Assembly: GCA_964016885.1 (NCBI GenBank)
Contig: OZ024743.1
Span: forward strand, 41,912,001-41,976,000
DNA: 64,000 nucleotides
Reading direction: 5' to 3'
Source of the DNA: Eledone cirrhosa
Taxonomy: Eukaryota
Part shown: in pieces, positions 46,699-59,775 of the stretch
Numbering within the stretch: position 1 is the first letter of the stretch
Layout of the letters: the number at the start of each line of letters is the position of its first letter
Program-made: the position numbers and the translations under genes
The notes under the pieces: generated by a model
The model's database searches: none
The model's input: the letters and a program-made list of their open reading frames with translations, nothing else
What the model was told of the DNA's origin: nothing

Positions 46699-46700
<2 letters not shown>
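46513..46700. mobile_element. Family A element starting with a perfect 110-bp palindrome
   Basis: 46513-46567 is the exact reverse complement of 46568-46622, centred on TTCGAA. Confidence 0.9.
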
Positions 46701-46743
<43 letters not shown>

Positions 46744-46867
46744 ATTATATAAATTCCCGTTCTTTGCCAGCGAACGTTACCACTAACCAAAGTATCGTTT
46801 TCCTGTCTTTCTCCGGTTGCAACGTTTTTTGAAATATCCAGTTCTGCGTTTACAGATTGACTTTGTT

Positions 46868-46918
46868 AGTTTCAGAAGATCCCGTTAAGGGTGAAAGCAG
46901 CGATTCTTTGCTTAAACT
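46868..46918 (+). ncRNA. Type I hammerhead with a core mutation, in the (TA)n-flanked element 46745-47030
   Basis: AGTTT-CAGAAGA-TCCC(GTTAA)GGGT-GAAA-GCA(GCGATTCTT)TGC-TT-AAACT, with CUGA changed to CAGA. Confidence 0.6.
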
Positions 46919-47024
46919 TTAATCTGTTATTTTAATAAATATTTGCTCTACAGTTCTTATATATGTGATATATATTTTCCTTATCGAGCCCTCTTTGGAT
47001 TTTAGTCTTCAATTTTATTATTAT

Positions 47025-47172
<148 letters not shown>

Positions 47173-47250
47173 ATACCTCTGTGTATATATATATATATAT
47201 ATATGTGATAAAGAACACAAGAGCGTCTACAACATCAACAGATTTTTATT

Positions 47251-47297
47251 GGCTTACAACGTTTCTTCCTTACGTAACCGTAGGAGTCGTCAGAGCT
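47251..47297 (-). ncRNA. Type I hammerhead followed by AATAAA, candidate 3' pLTR of the Penelope element at 49562-52094
   Basis: The reverse complement reads GCT-CTGACGA-CTCCTACG(GTTA)CGTAAGGAA-GAAA-CGTTG-TA-AGC-CAATAAAA. Confidence 0.78.
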
Positions 47298-48492
47298 ATA
47301 AAAAGGGTTTGATTGGTGTTATGGACTCTACCAACCAAACATTCAAGAACAAAGAGAAAAGAGAGTAAAGAGCAAATGTAGGGGACGATAAGTCTAATTT
47401 TAGTGTGGGAGGGTGGGGTGTGGGTCCTTGTTTACTAGCTGCGGTCATATTCATTCCCGCGAGTCGAGTGGTTAGCTGAACCATAGATGGGGTGGCGTCG
47501 ATAGTATGGTGCAGAAGATGTGCAGAGGCTACACAAACACAAAGGGCATACAATATATATATATATATATAACGGAGGAGAAAGTACATGAGGTAATTAG
47601 AAATGGAAAAAGAGTAATAATAATAATCTATAATTAATAATGTATAATAAGGCATGGGGAAGATTACACTATAATAAGGTACAAAAGTAAGAATAAGGTA
47701 AAATATAAAGGAGGATAAAAGTGGATAAAAATATATATGTAAAAAAATATATAGAGAATATATAAAGAAATATAAGCGAGTATTTGGAGGGGAAAACACA
47801 ATGTAAAAAAACCGATTTTTTCAAATAAAAATAAAAATATTATAATTATGGGGTGAGAAAACGGATAGAGAAATATGATCAATTGTGATTAGTTGAGAGA
47901 ATATAAGATGATAATAGTTATGTCAAGTTTATACATCTTAATAATAAATAATCTGTGTATCAGAGTTACAGAACCTTCAATTCACTTACAGGTTCAAGCC
48001 ACGTGGCATAGTCCATTGTTTATCTGTGCGGTCATGCGCGTTTGTTTTTGACACCACAGCAGATGCACAAGTTCGTAAATTCCAATGCAGGTAGAAATTT
48101 ATTTTTGTTCACCCGGACATTGACGGAGGATCCAATATTCCTAGTTCAATATGTGTGTGGTGTTATTTTGGTCGCACAAATCAATCACTTGGTTCAATAT
48201 TATGGAGTATGGTTTTCTGGTCTTCGTAACAGTGTCAGTGGTTGTATATCTCGAAATCACCAGGATCACAGTACTCCGGTTTGGTGTGATTATTGGTCAT
48301 CCAGCTATGTTGTTGGTGGTTGGATTCAATTCTATTGCCCCGAACATAGAACTTTGGTGTCGATAGAACATTAACGAGGCAGGGTGAGATCGCATCTGTG
48401 GTACAAAACGGTACACAAGGACATTCTTCGTCTTCGTTTCATCCGGGTCCAGCAGTCACGTGCAAGAACCGCTACGTAGTAATTGTGGGGTT

Positions 48493-48830
48493 AATCGGTC
48501 AAGTCAGCAACTGACCGAAAATTCTCTTAGGAATTCAGACAGGCATGACAGGCACATTTAGGTCAGCAGCTTCTTTATGTGTACGTGTGTCCGACACACA
48601 CAGACACACATGTATATGTATTTCAACTCAAAAAACTCAATTGATTCACCCACTGATACTACAATCGGTCAAGACAGCAACTGGCCGAAAATTCCCTTAG
48701 GAATTCAGACAGGAATGACAGGTACATTTAGGTCAGCAGCTTCTTTATGTGTACGTGTGTCCGATACATACGGACACATATCCATATGTATTTCAACTCA
48801 AAAAATTCAGTTGATTCGCCTATTGATATT
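48493..48830. repeat. Two-copy 170-bp tandem duplication
   Basis: AATCGGTCAAG at 48493 and 48663, with continuing similarity. Confidence 0.9.
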
Positions 48831-49561
48831 ATATCTGTGTTGCTCCGATGTGCATGTTGTGGTGTTCTGGTCGTGCATAGCATTCACTGTGTTTTGCCAT
48901 TACCTTGGAATGTGATGTTATGGTCATCAATAGTCCGGCAAGCGCATTTCTCTCTTATATTGCGGAGAATGGTGTTCTGGTCCTCAGTAAACATTTGGGT
49001 CAGCAGGAGGGGTGGTGGTTCACAGTTTCAACTTCGACAATACATATGTGTTACTCTACATATCGTGCTCCTCTCAAAGAAGAGTATTATAGGAGGAATT
49101 CATGCCAAACACCACATATAGAGAGGATTTCTACAGAAAAGTATACATACATATACACATATATACACACATCATACACACACACATACACATACACACA
49201 CATACGCATACATACATATATTCACATACATGTCACATATACACATACACAATATATTGCGCATGCATACAATATACATATATATATATATATATACAAT
49301 ATACATGCATACAATGCAGGCACACATGCATGCATGCATGCACACACGTACGCACACACACATACATATGTATGTGTGTGTGTGTGTGTGAGAGAGAAAA
49401 GGAGAATACACACACACACATACACACACATACACACACACGCAAAAACACCAACCTTGTAGGGGACTGTTCCAACCTTAGGGTACCTATCTATCTGGGT
49501 TACGGGTTTGGGGGAGGGGGGAGCTATAGTCTAGGTGGGGGTTGCGTGATATATGTTACGT

Positions 49562-52094
49562 CTATGTGCTAGGTTTAAAATAGAAGAAGGAACTCAGGAT
49601 TTTGTGTTGGCAAGAAGAGAAAATTTCCGATTTCCTGTTAAGCAGGTTCATTTTAGAGTGTATTATGGCATGGCATTCCAGTATACACAGGTCACAACTT
49701 CCGCTCTGCGGTCGGTATGGCGTCAATCTAGTAAGCTTCCTCCAAAAAAGTTTGTATGGGGTACTATTATTTTTTAAAAAGGATATGTATACCGCCAGTG
49801 AGGTGGCATTCTTATGTCTATCGTGTCTAAATGTGTACATCTGCGCGTTAAATCTAGTTTTAAATGTATTGAACGTTGCTCCTATATATGTTTTGGTAGA
49901 CTTGTGTGTGGTTACGTCACATGCATTTACGATGTTTTTCATGAGGCTATTCCCCTTTAGGGGACAATTACTACTCCGCCTACAATTGCAACTGCGGGTT
50001 CGATTAGTTAGCGTACCTCCCGAAGTTTGGTTACTAGCATTATCACTAGGTGCCTCTATATCATTAGATGGCTCATTGATGCTATTATGTTGCCCATTTT
50101 CCACTGTAGTCGGTTGCTGGTGGTTAACTGCCATTTTAATTGCTTCGAAATCTTCCCTAGTTTTCCTAATGTTCGTGCGTGCTAGGTGTGATGCGAGGTT
50201 AGGTGTGGTCGAATAGGATAATTTAATTACGTTTTTGTTAATTATGTTGCGATGTCTATTGCCTGGTGGGAAGTTTTTTTTCCAATAATACTCTGGGGAG
50301 GTTAGTGAGGACCTCAGAGTTAAAAGGTGGGTTAAAATACGTGTTTTTCCTTCTTCTATTTTTCTTATCTGTGGGGTGAGTCTCGCTACTGTGCATACTA
50401 TTTTGTACGGTTCCGTTATTAACGTTAGTGGCGTTGTCTGTTTTGCTTAAGCCCGGATAGTTTATATTCATGGCGTGATCATTTACTGTTTTAGAGTTGT
50501 GGTGAGGGACTCTAGTATTGTCTTTACATGGTTTACATTTAGGTGGGTTACTGCCATTAGGGTTCTTACTATTATTCTTGCCTCTAAGTTGGTTAGGCTT
50601 TGTGGCCATACTATGTGTGATTATGTTGGTAGGTTTCACACTCATGGTTTGGGAGTCCTTATGTATATATGATAATCTACTCCCGTAACCAGATTCTGCT
50701 AGGGCCTTGTCATAATACTCTGCATTGGAGTTGAAGATACTCTCATTACAGCGCAGTCTGCTAATTCTATTAGAGACCCCCTTGGGAATAGCGTTTAGGA
50801 CTGATTTGGGGTGGTTGGAGCTCGCGTTTACATATGTTAGTCTATCGTTAGGTTTATGGTAGGGTGCAAATGTTTTACTTTCTAGGTCAAGGGTGGCGTC
50901 TAGGAAGTTTACTGTTTTATCATTTGCATCTATGGTAATACTTAGATTAAAGTGTTTAAAGAACCTACGTAACTGTTTCCTAGTTCTTTCTATATTGCAC
51001 TTTTTATACTCGAGAGTGAGGAGGGCGTCATCACGGTATAAGCCGCCCTTCAAGTGCGGTAATGTCTCATGTAACTCCTTTAAGAGGTACAATCCTACCA
51101 GGTCCGTTAATTGTGCCGAGTCACTAGATCCCATTGTGATGTCGAAGTTATTGGGCGTATTCTTGCGGGTCCACAATTCATCCTCAAATGTAATTATCGT
51201 TTTCCGGGCCGCAAGAATGACATCAATTTGAGACCTAGTGAGTTCACTTTTCTGCATGGCCATGATTAGGGCCTTATTAAGGAGTATGGGGGAGATTGAC
51301 GTGTAGTACGCATCGATGTCGAATTGTATAAATTTAAGGGATTTATGGTTGCTAAGGCTTGAGAACCATTTCAAAACCTCTTCCGTATTTTCCCATAGCT
51401 CTAGATATATTTTCCTCCTGATGGTGGGTATAACGCTGTCTAAAATGTTATTACTGATAATTCCTATATCTGACTTCGATGGGCTAATTAATCTAACAGA
51501 GGGTTTACTAATGAAGTCAGCCTTATGGTCTTTAAGGGTGAACCTGGGTTGCCTAGGGGTATATGGTTGGGTATACTTTTCCAGACCTAGTTTATCCACT
51601 ATGGCGCATGCTTTCTTATTAATTTCATCTAAGTTTGCGCTTGTTGTCTTTTTATAGTTTCTATTTAATTCATTGTATATAAACCTGCGATACATATCAT
51701 AATTTAAGCTATAAATATTTCTGGTTTTATCCGAGGTGACCAGGATATCTCTTTTATCGTTAAACTCCTTAAATAAGGTTTCCAGTTTCATCCGGAATTT
51801 GTTGCTATTCCCATGGGGGTTTTTAAACTTAATATTCCTTACTAGTGATAGGAGGTCATTCTCAAATCCATCTAGCATGGAGTTATGGGGCGGGCTCCTA
51901 TAGGTTTTAAAACCGAATTTGTTATTGGGGGACACCGTGGTTGATTTCTTATTTCTCTTATCGAAGTGGAAAGTGCGCCATCTAATACGCTTAACGAAGG
52001 AGTTGACACTACCTATCAGTAATTTCTCATAAGTAGTCCTGGATGGGGTTGGGATGTTCTTGAGTGATATAGGTAGGTAGTCTTTAGTTAGCAT
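49562..52094 (-). CDS. Penelope-like element polyprotein: reverse transcriptase + GIY-YIG endonuclease (one frameshift at ~50274-50281)
   Basis: RT motifs FIQFDIDAYYTSI, MGSSDSAQLTDLVG, LYRDD, VNFLDATL, YHKP..YV...SNHP and YFNPPF. After the shift: FPP..IKLSYS, CNC..CPL, YIGAT..FKTRF, CDLC and LLNRKSE. ATG at 52094. Confidence 0.93.
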
Positions 52095-52360
52095 GCTGCC
52101 AATCAATTATAATCATACACACAAGGTGGACAGGTTATAAGGATTTAGCTCAACCGGGAGGAGCCTTAGAAATACTTAGGTTAATAGGAGTTAGGTAATG
52201 TATACCCGTGTCCCATCAAGGTATTGGCAGCATAATAATTAGCTCTATGCTTCATTTTTGTATTTTTTTGCAAAATTTCTTATCTGTTTATCCGTGAGTG
52301 TATATACACATACAAACACACCGAACACACATACACACATACATACATTATATGTATATA

Positions 52361-52425
<65 letters not shown>

Positions 52426-52938
52426 CATATATATCAATACATCATTGTTTATATATATATATATATATATACATATGAATCATTGTTTATATATATATAT
52501 ATATGTACTTATTTCAATATATATATATCACATAACTCAAATAACTCATTGTTTATATATATATATATATATATATCATAATCTATAAACCTCAGTGTAT
52601 GGACATGTTTCTTTGTTATAGAAATCTACGATATAGAATTCCTTCAATTGAAATTTACAATTCAGTATTCGAAATAGCTTCGATTGCGTCTTGGCACAGA
52701 TAATGTTTTCAATTTCACCCACAATTACGCAAATAATAGATACAACTCTATATTTTACGATATTTCTCTCTCATTTAAAGTGCTAAAACTTCCATTACCA
52801 TTCAAAATCTATACAACTTAATACTTTCTGCTACTTTCTCTTTCCAAGATTGATGGTGATACTGTCCGTTTTACTCTCTCATATCATCTGCTGCCCTCTA
52901 TCTACAACCCACACATTTTGCTACTTTCTCTTTTATAC

Positions 52939-53220
52939 TTCAAACTTACTGATTTATTTCCAAACGCACACAAACACACACTCACTTCAAATGATAAAAA
53001 AACATTTAAAGCAATTAAACAACGTGCGTGATTTATAACCACACTAACTTTTAGTTGCTTCAAACTTAATGATTTATTTACAAACACATACAAACACACA
53101 CTGACATAAATTGATCACAAAAAATTTAAAGCAATTAAACAACGTGCGGGATTTATAACCACAAATACACGACTATTCATTAACAACATTTAAAGCAATT
53201 AAACAACATGCGTGATTTCC
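52939..53220. repeat. ~120-bp tandem repeat, possibly inside a - strand non-autonomous Helitron starting near 53594
   Basis: TTCAAACTTA at 52939 and 53059, and TTTAAAGCAATTAAACAAC three times. The reverse complement at 53594 reads A-TCATTATCTATAAAAGGCAG. Confidence 0.6.
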
Positions 53221-53246
53221 GAAGAGAGAGAGAGAGAAGAGAGGGA

Positions 53247-53317
<71 letters not shown>

Positions 53318-53328
53318 TTTATTATTAC

Positions 53329-53392
53329 ATAAAGTACCAGTAATGTACTGGGTAATTTGCTGGCCTTGTGCTTAAAAAGTAGAAACAATTAT
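53329..53392 (+). mobile_element. 3' stub of the SINE, TSD ATTATTACAT
   Basis: TSD at 53321-53330 and 53388-53397. Confidence 0.8.
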
Positions 53393-53608
53393 TACATTTC
53401 ATACGAAACGACAATTATTCAAAAGCAACAGATACTTTTATTCAACAACAAGCGATAAATCTTTTTTAAAACCTCTCAACGAACGTGGATTCTTACAGAC
53501 TTGAGCTGAATCGGTTTGAAATTGTGCAAATGTATAAACATGGAACATGTGCACACAACAACAACAACAACAATCTGCCTTTTATAGATAATGATAAACA
53601 ATAATATT

Positions 53609-53973
53609 CTCTATGAGGTCACTAAACCTGCTAGAAACAGCAGCTAACTCTCCCCCATATCACACCACTCCCTACTGTCTTAAATTTAGAAAACACATAT
53701 CCTCTATGAGGTTACTAAACCTGCTAGAAACAGCAGCTAACTCTCCCCCATATCACACCCCTCCCTACTATCTTAAATTTAGAAAACATATCTTCTATGA
53801 GGTCACTAAACCTGCTAGAAACAGCAGCTAACTCTCCCCCATATCACACCACTCCCTACTGTCTTAAATTTAGAAAAAACATATCCTCTATGAGGTCACT
53901 AAACCTGCTAGAAACAACAGCTAACTCTCCCTCATATCACAACCCTCCCTACTGTCTTAAATTTAGAAAACAC
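53609..53973. repeat. Four-copy ~92-bp minisatellite
   Basis: CTATGAGG at 53611, 53704, 53795 and 53888. Confidence 0.95.
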
Positions 53974-53974
53974 A

Positions 53975-54260
53975 CAGACAACCATGCAGAACAACTCAAT
54001 CGCAGCTCTGTTGTTCGGCTGGCATCGTCTACGCGCGTGTTGCGCAAGTACTGTGAAACAATACATTTCAACACTTTTTTGCACAGAGATAATATCCATA
54101 GGCGAACCTACAATTGTCACTGCTGGCGCAGCTCATGCTTCCAGGTCTGCAATTCATTCACCCAGTACCTGGCAGACAAAAAAGTGCTGCCATAAAATGG
54201 GTGGTGCAACCTAACTTTGGTAACTTAATGACCCCGAGCAACGCCGGGCTTTAATGCTAG
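53975..54260 (+). mobile_element. Helitron-like 3' end
   Basis: Hairpin CCCG-AGCAACGC-CGGG (54233-54248), 8 nt before CTAG|T (54257-54260). The 5' boundary is uncertain. Confidence 0.65.
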
Positions 54261-54310
<50 letters not shown>

Positions 54311-54919
54311 TAAATTTTGAGATGCGAAGAACGGGAAAATACAAATTAGAGAAGTAGGTGAGTAGTTATAAAGTAAGTTATAAACCCGACCTCGACGCGT
54401 GTTCAGGAAATATATTCACTTTTAATTATCTGAAATACTAAAAATATTATCGTTCCACAATACTCCATAATAGGAGGACGCATATGGAGGATAACATTAA
54501 TAGCTTTGTTAAAAAGCAACTGGAAATGCATGGGATAGTGTAGGGAAACATAATAAAATGTAAAGCGTAGGAATTAATTGTAAGACATGAAATAAATTAC
54601 TAATAAACCATTCAACCATAACCTTGAAGAAATGGCGTGTCTGTGTGTGTTTGAAATGCAGTAGTATTTATGCCAGATCATTCAGATATTAACTAACAGA
54701 ACAATTTAAAGAGTAGAAATGTAACTTCTAAGTAGAAAAGTGGCAATGATATAAGTGTTTGCGTTTCATAGAATAGGTTGATTTCTATGGTACTATACAG
54801 GTTGTTGACCCCTAAAATGTACACACATATCTATTAGAATGCTGTTGACGTGTGTATACAGGCACAAATATATTAATAAGCATACATCACCCACAGACGC
54901 GCACACACACACACACACC

Positions 54920-54950
<31 letters not shown>

Positions 54951-55500
54951 GCATTCATATATTTCACAACAAAAATAATGATTAGTTCTGGTGTGAAATA
55001 CTATAGTCTACAATGAAGAAAGAGGTTAAAAGCAGGATGAAATATTCATCTAGATATACGAAAAATAATCGAGCAAAATATCCTTTGAGAGTAAAATAGG
55101 GGAGTGGTATTGTACAATAGTTTAAGTTCTACTGGGATTTATACTGCTACTAACATTCTTGTACTTGAAGAATGCTTGAGTTTCATGAATGCCCCAATAC
55201 CACTCTCAGAATTGGAAAACGCAACATCAGCCACCTCAATTTCTCCGATAATATCATTGAATTGGCATATAGCAAAAGAGAATTATAATCTTAATAAACC
55301 AACTGGAGGAATCTGCCGGCAGATATTAATTTCATATCAGGACAATGTGCTGTGCATAAAGAAGACGAAAATCATGACAAACTGCTAAGATATTGTCGAC
55401 AAATCTTTCCTTATAAATGGCCAGTAACTCGAAACGTTTGATCGAATTTGGCGTTATTCTCAACAATGTTCAGAGCCATCCTCTACATTCTCTTGTATAT

Positions 55501-55559
<59 letters not shown>

Positions 55560-55899
55560 CAAGGTTTAGCAAATAAGAAAAAGTTTCAAAATAAACTTTT
55601 TAAAATTAACTTACTTACTATGTCGGTTTCGATTCTCAAAAATAGACGGAGTCCATACGGCCTTCGTTGCAAAGAAAGAATCTTGTCAGAAGGATCTTTT
55701 CATTCGGAGAATATAAAATTCTCGAATTCAAATTACGAACTGGCACTATTCAAAATTGTTCCCGAGATGAGAGTAAATGAAGTGGAATCAATTTTTTCAA
55801 GGGCCGAGTGTAAAGATAGAGGCAGAGGCAGGGATGTGGCATATGGTTGGACAATACATGTGTCCCTTAGCGCCGTGTGCGTGAAGGAACACATATTAT

Positions 55900-55944
<45 letters not shown>

Positions 55945-56497
55945 TATGTGTGTCTGCGTGTTTGTGAGAATGTGTTTGTTTGTGTGCCTAATATTTACAG
56001 GTGTCATATTTTGGCTACATATCTGTGATGAGGATATAGAAGAAAATCACCTTAGGTGTAAATATTTCAGATTTTAATTCCACAGGAAAAAATATTTCTG
56101 TCGTATTTCCACGATACTCGAGACATAATGAAATTCTATTAATATCAGTTGAATACAACATAAAAAATACTAAAATATAAATATGTTTTCGTCTTTTTGT
56201 TTTCCTACTCATGTAAGCGTTGTCAATCTAACAGAAAAGAAATTCATACATTTTTTAAATAGCTTCTTACTGCAAAGTATATGTTTTATATCTAGATATG
56301 TCTTTAAAATGTTGATAGATATTTTAAAACATTATTCATATACTTGAAATGTATATTCCGGGTGTTTCATATGTTTTCGTAAGCTGTCTAACTGTCTGAA
56401 GAGCGTGAGCTGGTTCTTTGTAGCATGAGTTTCCACTAGCCAAAAGCTAAATACAATGACTTCTCTCCAGCTCACCTATTTGATAACATGTATGTTT

Positions 56498-56686
56498 ATA
56501 ATTGTTTCTACTTTAGGCACAAGGCCAGCAATTACCCAGTGCATTACTGGTACTTTATTTTATCGACCCCGTAATGATGAAAGGCAAAGTCAACCTCGGC
56601 GGGATTTGAACTCAGATCGTAAAGGGACGTAACTATGCTGGAAAGCATGGCGTCAAACCCTCTACCGATACTGCCAATCCACCGCC
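56498..56686 (-). mobile_element. tRNA-derived SINE, TSD TGTATGTTTATAAT
   Basis: Reverse complement of 21038-21226. TSD at 56489-56502 and 56689-56702. Confidence 0.92.
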
Positions 56687-57009
56687 ATTGTATGTTTATA
56701 ATGGCAACTGAGATGCAATAACTAACGATCTATCGCATCTTGACTGGACTTTGACACAGGCACACATATCCACCAGCATCAAAATACCCTGGAAGATTTT
56801 TGTAAACACTGTTACAAAATGCACTCAGCCAGAAACCCCCAAAACAGAAGAGAAAATACTATAAGAAAAATAAAATGAACAAACCAAAAAAATATTAACC
56901 AAACTAAAATATGGCTAATCTGGGCTGTGTCAGTGATACTAATCACCAACACACTATATTCGACATAACCTTTGGCGCCGTTGTTGTCTAGGCTGCAATA
57001 CATGAATTG

Positions 57010-57365
57010 AAACACTACTCAGCAATAGTGCAACTCCTCTAAAGATTCTCTGGACGAACTCACTGCATGCTGGCTATAAGCATGACAAGTTTCTGTCACA
57101 ATCCTTTTTTCAAGTGTTTTAAAAGGGGAAAATGTTCCTTCCAGTGAATTACCGTCCGATCTCACATTTCCCATTTCATTAAGGTATAAAAAATGCTGAA
57201 GCTCCCGAATAACTGTTTCTTGAAAGAAATAATCGGTCGAACTATAACTAGCATGTATTCCACAACGGAAGCGACTGCCTAACGTAGCTCCTGAATCACT
57301 TTGATGTCATTTTCTGAGGTTTTTGAGAAGGCTCTAATACTGATGTGTCCTATACATTGATGTCA
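57010..57365 (+). mobile_element. Decayed CR1/Jockey-type RT N-terminal fragment
   Basis: NYRPIS at ~57147, CL..LLNHFD and TDV.Y.D. Confidence 0.5.
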
Positions 57366-57389
57366 GCAACGACGTGATTTCTGAGGCGG

Positions 57390-59775
57390 AACAGTCTTAG
57401 ACATTCTGGAGAGTAATATGGGAGCAAGATGTTGAACATAATAGTCAGACAGTGTGGATTGAGACAGTTCAAAAGGAGATTAGTCAACAAGCACACCAAC
57501 AACCTGATTTGAGTATCATAATTGAAACTCTTAAAGGGCAGGCCAAAAGACTAACCAACTGGAAAGCACCAGGCCCAGATGGTGTGCAAGGGTATTGGAT
57601 TAAAAATATAAGATCCCTCCACCCGAAACTGACAACCATGTTCAATGACTGCTTGATGTCGGGTGAAGTACCAGAGTAGTTGACAAAAGGTATCACAGTT
57701 CTGGTAATGAAAGACCGAATCAAGGATAATGATGTTACCAACTATAGACCTATCACATGTCTGTCCGTAATGTGAAAACTGTTAACAAGTATTGTGTCTG
57801 AGGAAATCTACCATCACGTCCACATAAACAACTTGTTACCGGACGAAGAGAAAGGATCCCGAAAGAAGTCCCGTGTTAAAAAAGGACCAGTTATTTATTG
57901 ATAAGATGGCAATGAGGAATTGCAAGAGGAGACACACTGGTCTTGCCATGTGATGGATGGACTACAAAAAGGCATTTGACAAGGTGCCTCATTCTTGGAT
58001 AACCAAAAGTCCAGATAACATCAGACAGTTGTTGAGGAAAAGTATGAAGTCCTGGAAAACAGAGTTAACATCGGCTGGAGAATCCTTGGGAGGCGAGAAG
58101 ATCAAGAGAGGTATCTTCCAGGGAGATAGTCTGTCGCCTCTGTGCTTTGTCCTTGCCCTGATGCCCTTGACAATTATACTGCGAAATGTGAGAGCAGGAT
58201 ACAGGTTGGGAAGGGGAGAGCTTACCATCAATCACCTCCTCTTCGTGGACGATTTTAAGCTCTTCGGGAAGAGTGAGAAGGAGTTGGATATGCTTGTTAA
58301 CACTGTCCGTATTTTCAGCAATGATATATGTATGCAATTTGGTATTAGTAAGTGTTGAGTCCTTGTGATGAAGAGGGGGTAAATGGAGCAGAAGCAACAG
58401 AATCCAGGTACCAACACGTGAGATGATAAAGGAAATTGACACGGAAGAAGGATACAAGTATTTAGGTGTTCTGGAGGCTGATGACATCAAGAACAAAAAA
58501 ATGAAGGAATTGATGAGATCTGAATACATTCGGAGAGTAAGGAGCGTATTAAAATCACATCTGAACAGTAGGAATGCCATAAGTGCAGTAAATTCCCGAG
58601 CTGTGTCTATTATTAGGTACACTTCGGGAATTCTGAGATGGAATGTTGCTGAACAAAAAGAAATGGATAGGAAGACTAGTAAGCTATTGACTATCTACAA
58701 CATGTTCCACAAGAGGAGTGATGTCGATAGACTCTACTTAAGGAGATCTGAAGGTGGAAGAGGTCTTATCAGCATAGAGGACTGAGTTCAGATGGAGAAA
58801 AACAACCTACTCAAATACGTGACTGATAGTAGGGTACCAATGCTCAGAATTGTACTTAAGGAGAGGACAATAGACCAACGGATGTCCAAGGAGGAAATAA
58901 CAACAAGGAGAAAGAGCAACCTATGTGAAAAATCCATTCATAGTACCTTCTTTGAGAAAACTGAATTCAAAGATCCACAGACATGGAACTGATTGAAAAG
59001 AGGAGACCTTAAAAAGGTTACAGAACGAATGCTAATGGCTGCGCAAGAGTAGGCACACAAAACGAAGTGGCTGAAACACCATATTTACAAAGAGGAGGCT
59101 AGCCCACTGTGTAGGATCTGTGGAGATAGAGAGGAGACTGTGGCTCACATTGTATCCGAGTGTAAACACCTAGACCAGACTCAGTATACAGGCTGGAGAA
59201 ATGATGTGATGTGCAGGGTGATCCACTGGGACCTATGCAAAGTAACCAATTTACCACATCCTGAGAAGTGGTATGAGCATAAGCTAGAGTCAGTGATAGA
59301 AAACGATCAGGTGAAGGTGCTGTGGGATTTTAGGATAAAGACGGACAAGAAACTGGAACACAATAGAGCTGACCTGGTGGTTGTGGACAAGGAAACAAGA
59401 TCGCGCCTGATTGTGGATGTAGCCTGCCAATTCGACACAAGAGTGCAAGAGAAGGAGAAAGAGTAAATTAACAGATACCAATACTTAAAGTGGGAGGTAA
59501 AAAGGATTTGGAACTGCCATGAAGTCAAAGTGGTCCCGATTGTCATAGGCGCACTAGGTACTATCTCAAAGAGTTTCCAAGGATGGTTAAATAATTTGGT
59601 CCCGCCCCGCTTTTTGGAACGCTTCAAAAGGCATGCCTGCTGGGAACAGCAAGAACCCTCCGATACGTCCTGAATATCTGATGCTGCAGGTAGTGGCTTG
59701 ATATTCATTTCAAAAAAATTTCCAATTAAATAACATTAATGACTGAGACTCAAAGAACAATAATAATAAAAATAA
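57390..59775 (+). mobile_element. R4/Dong-clade non-LTR retrotransposon, 5'-truncated (RT, zinc knuckle, RLE endonuclease), pseudogenised
   Basis: WKAPGPDG, NYRPITCL, DYKKAFDKVPHSW, RGIFQGDSLSP, HLLFVDD, YKYLG, EGGRGL, CRIC...HIVSEC and LWDF...HNRADLVVVDK..IVDVA, ending in a (TAA)n tail at ~59760. Confidence 0.92.

Noticed and set aside
49602-51657. + strand ORFs (e.g. 204 aa at 49602-50216)
   Set aside because: They are antisense shadows of the Penelope ORF.
53613-54195. Repetitive ORFs (MRSLNLLETAANSPPYH...)
   Set aside because: They are read-through of a 91-93-bp minisatellite whose units do not keep frame.
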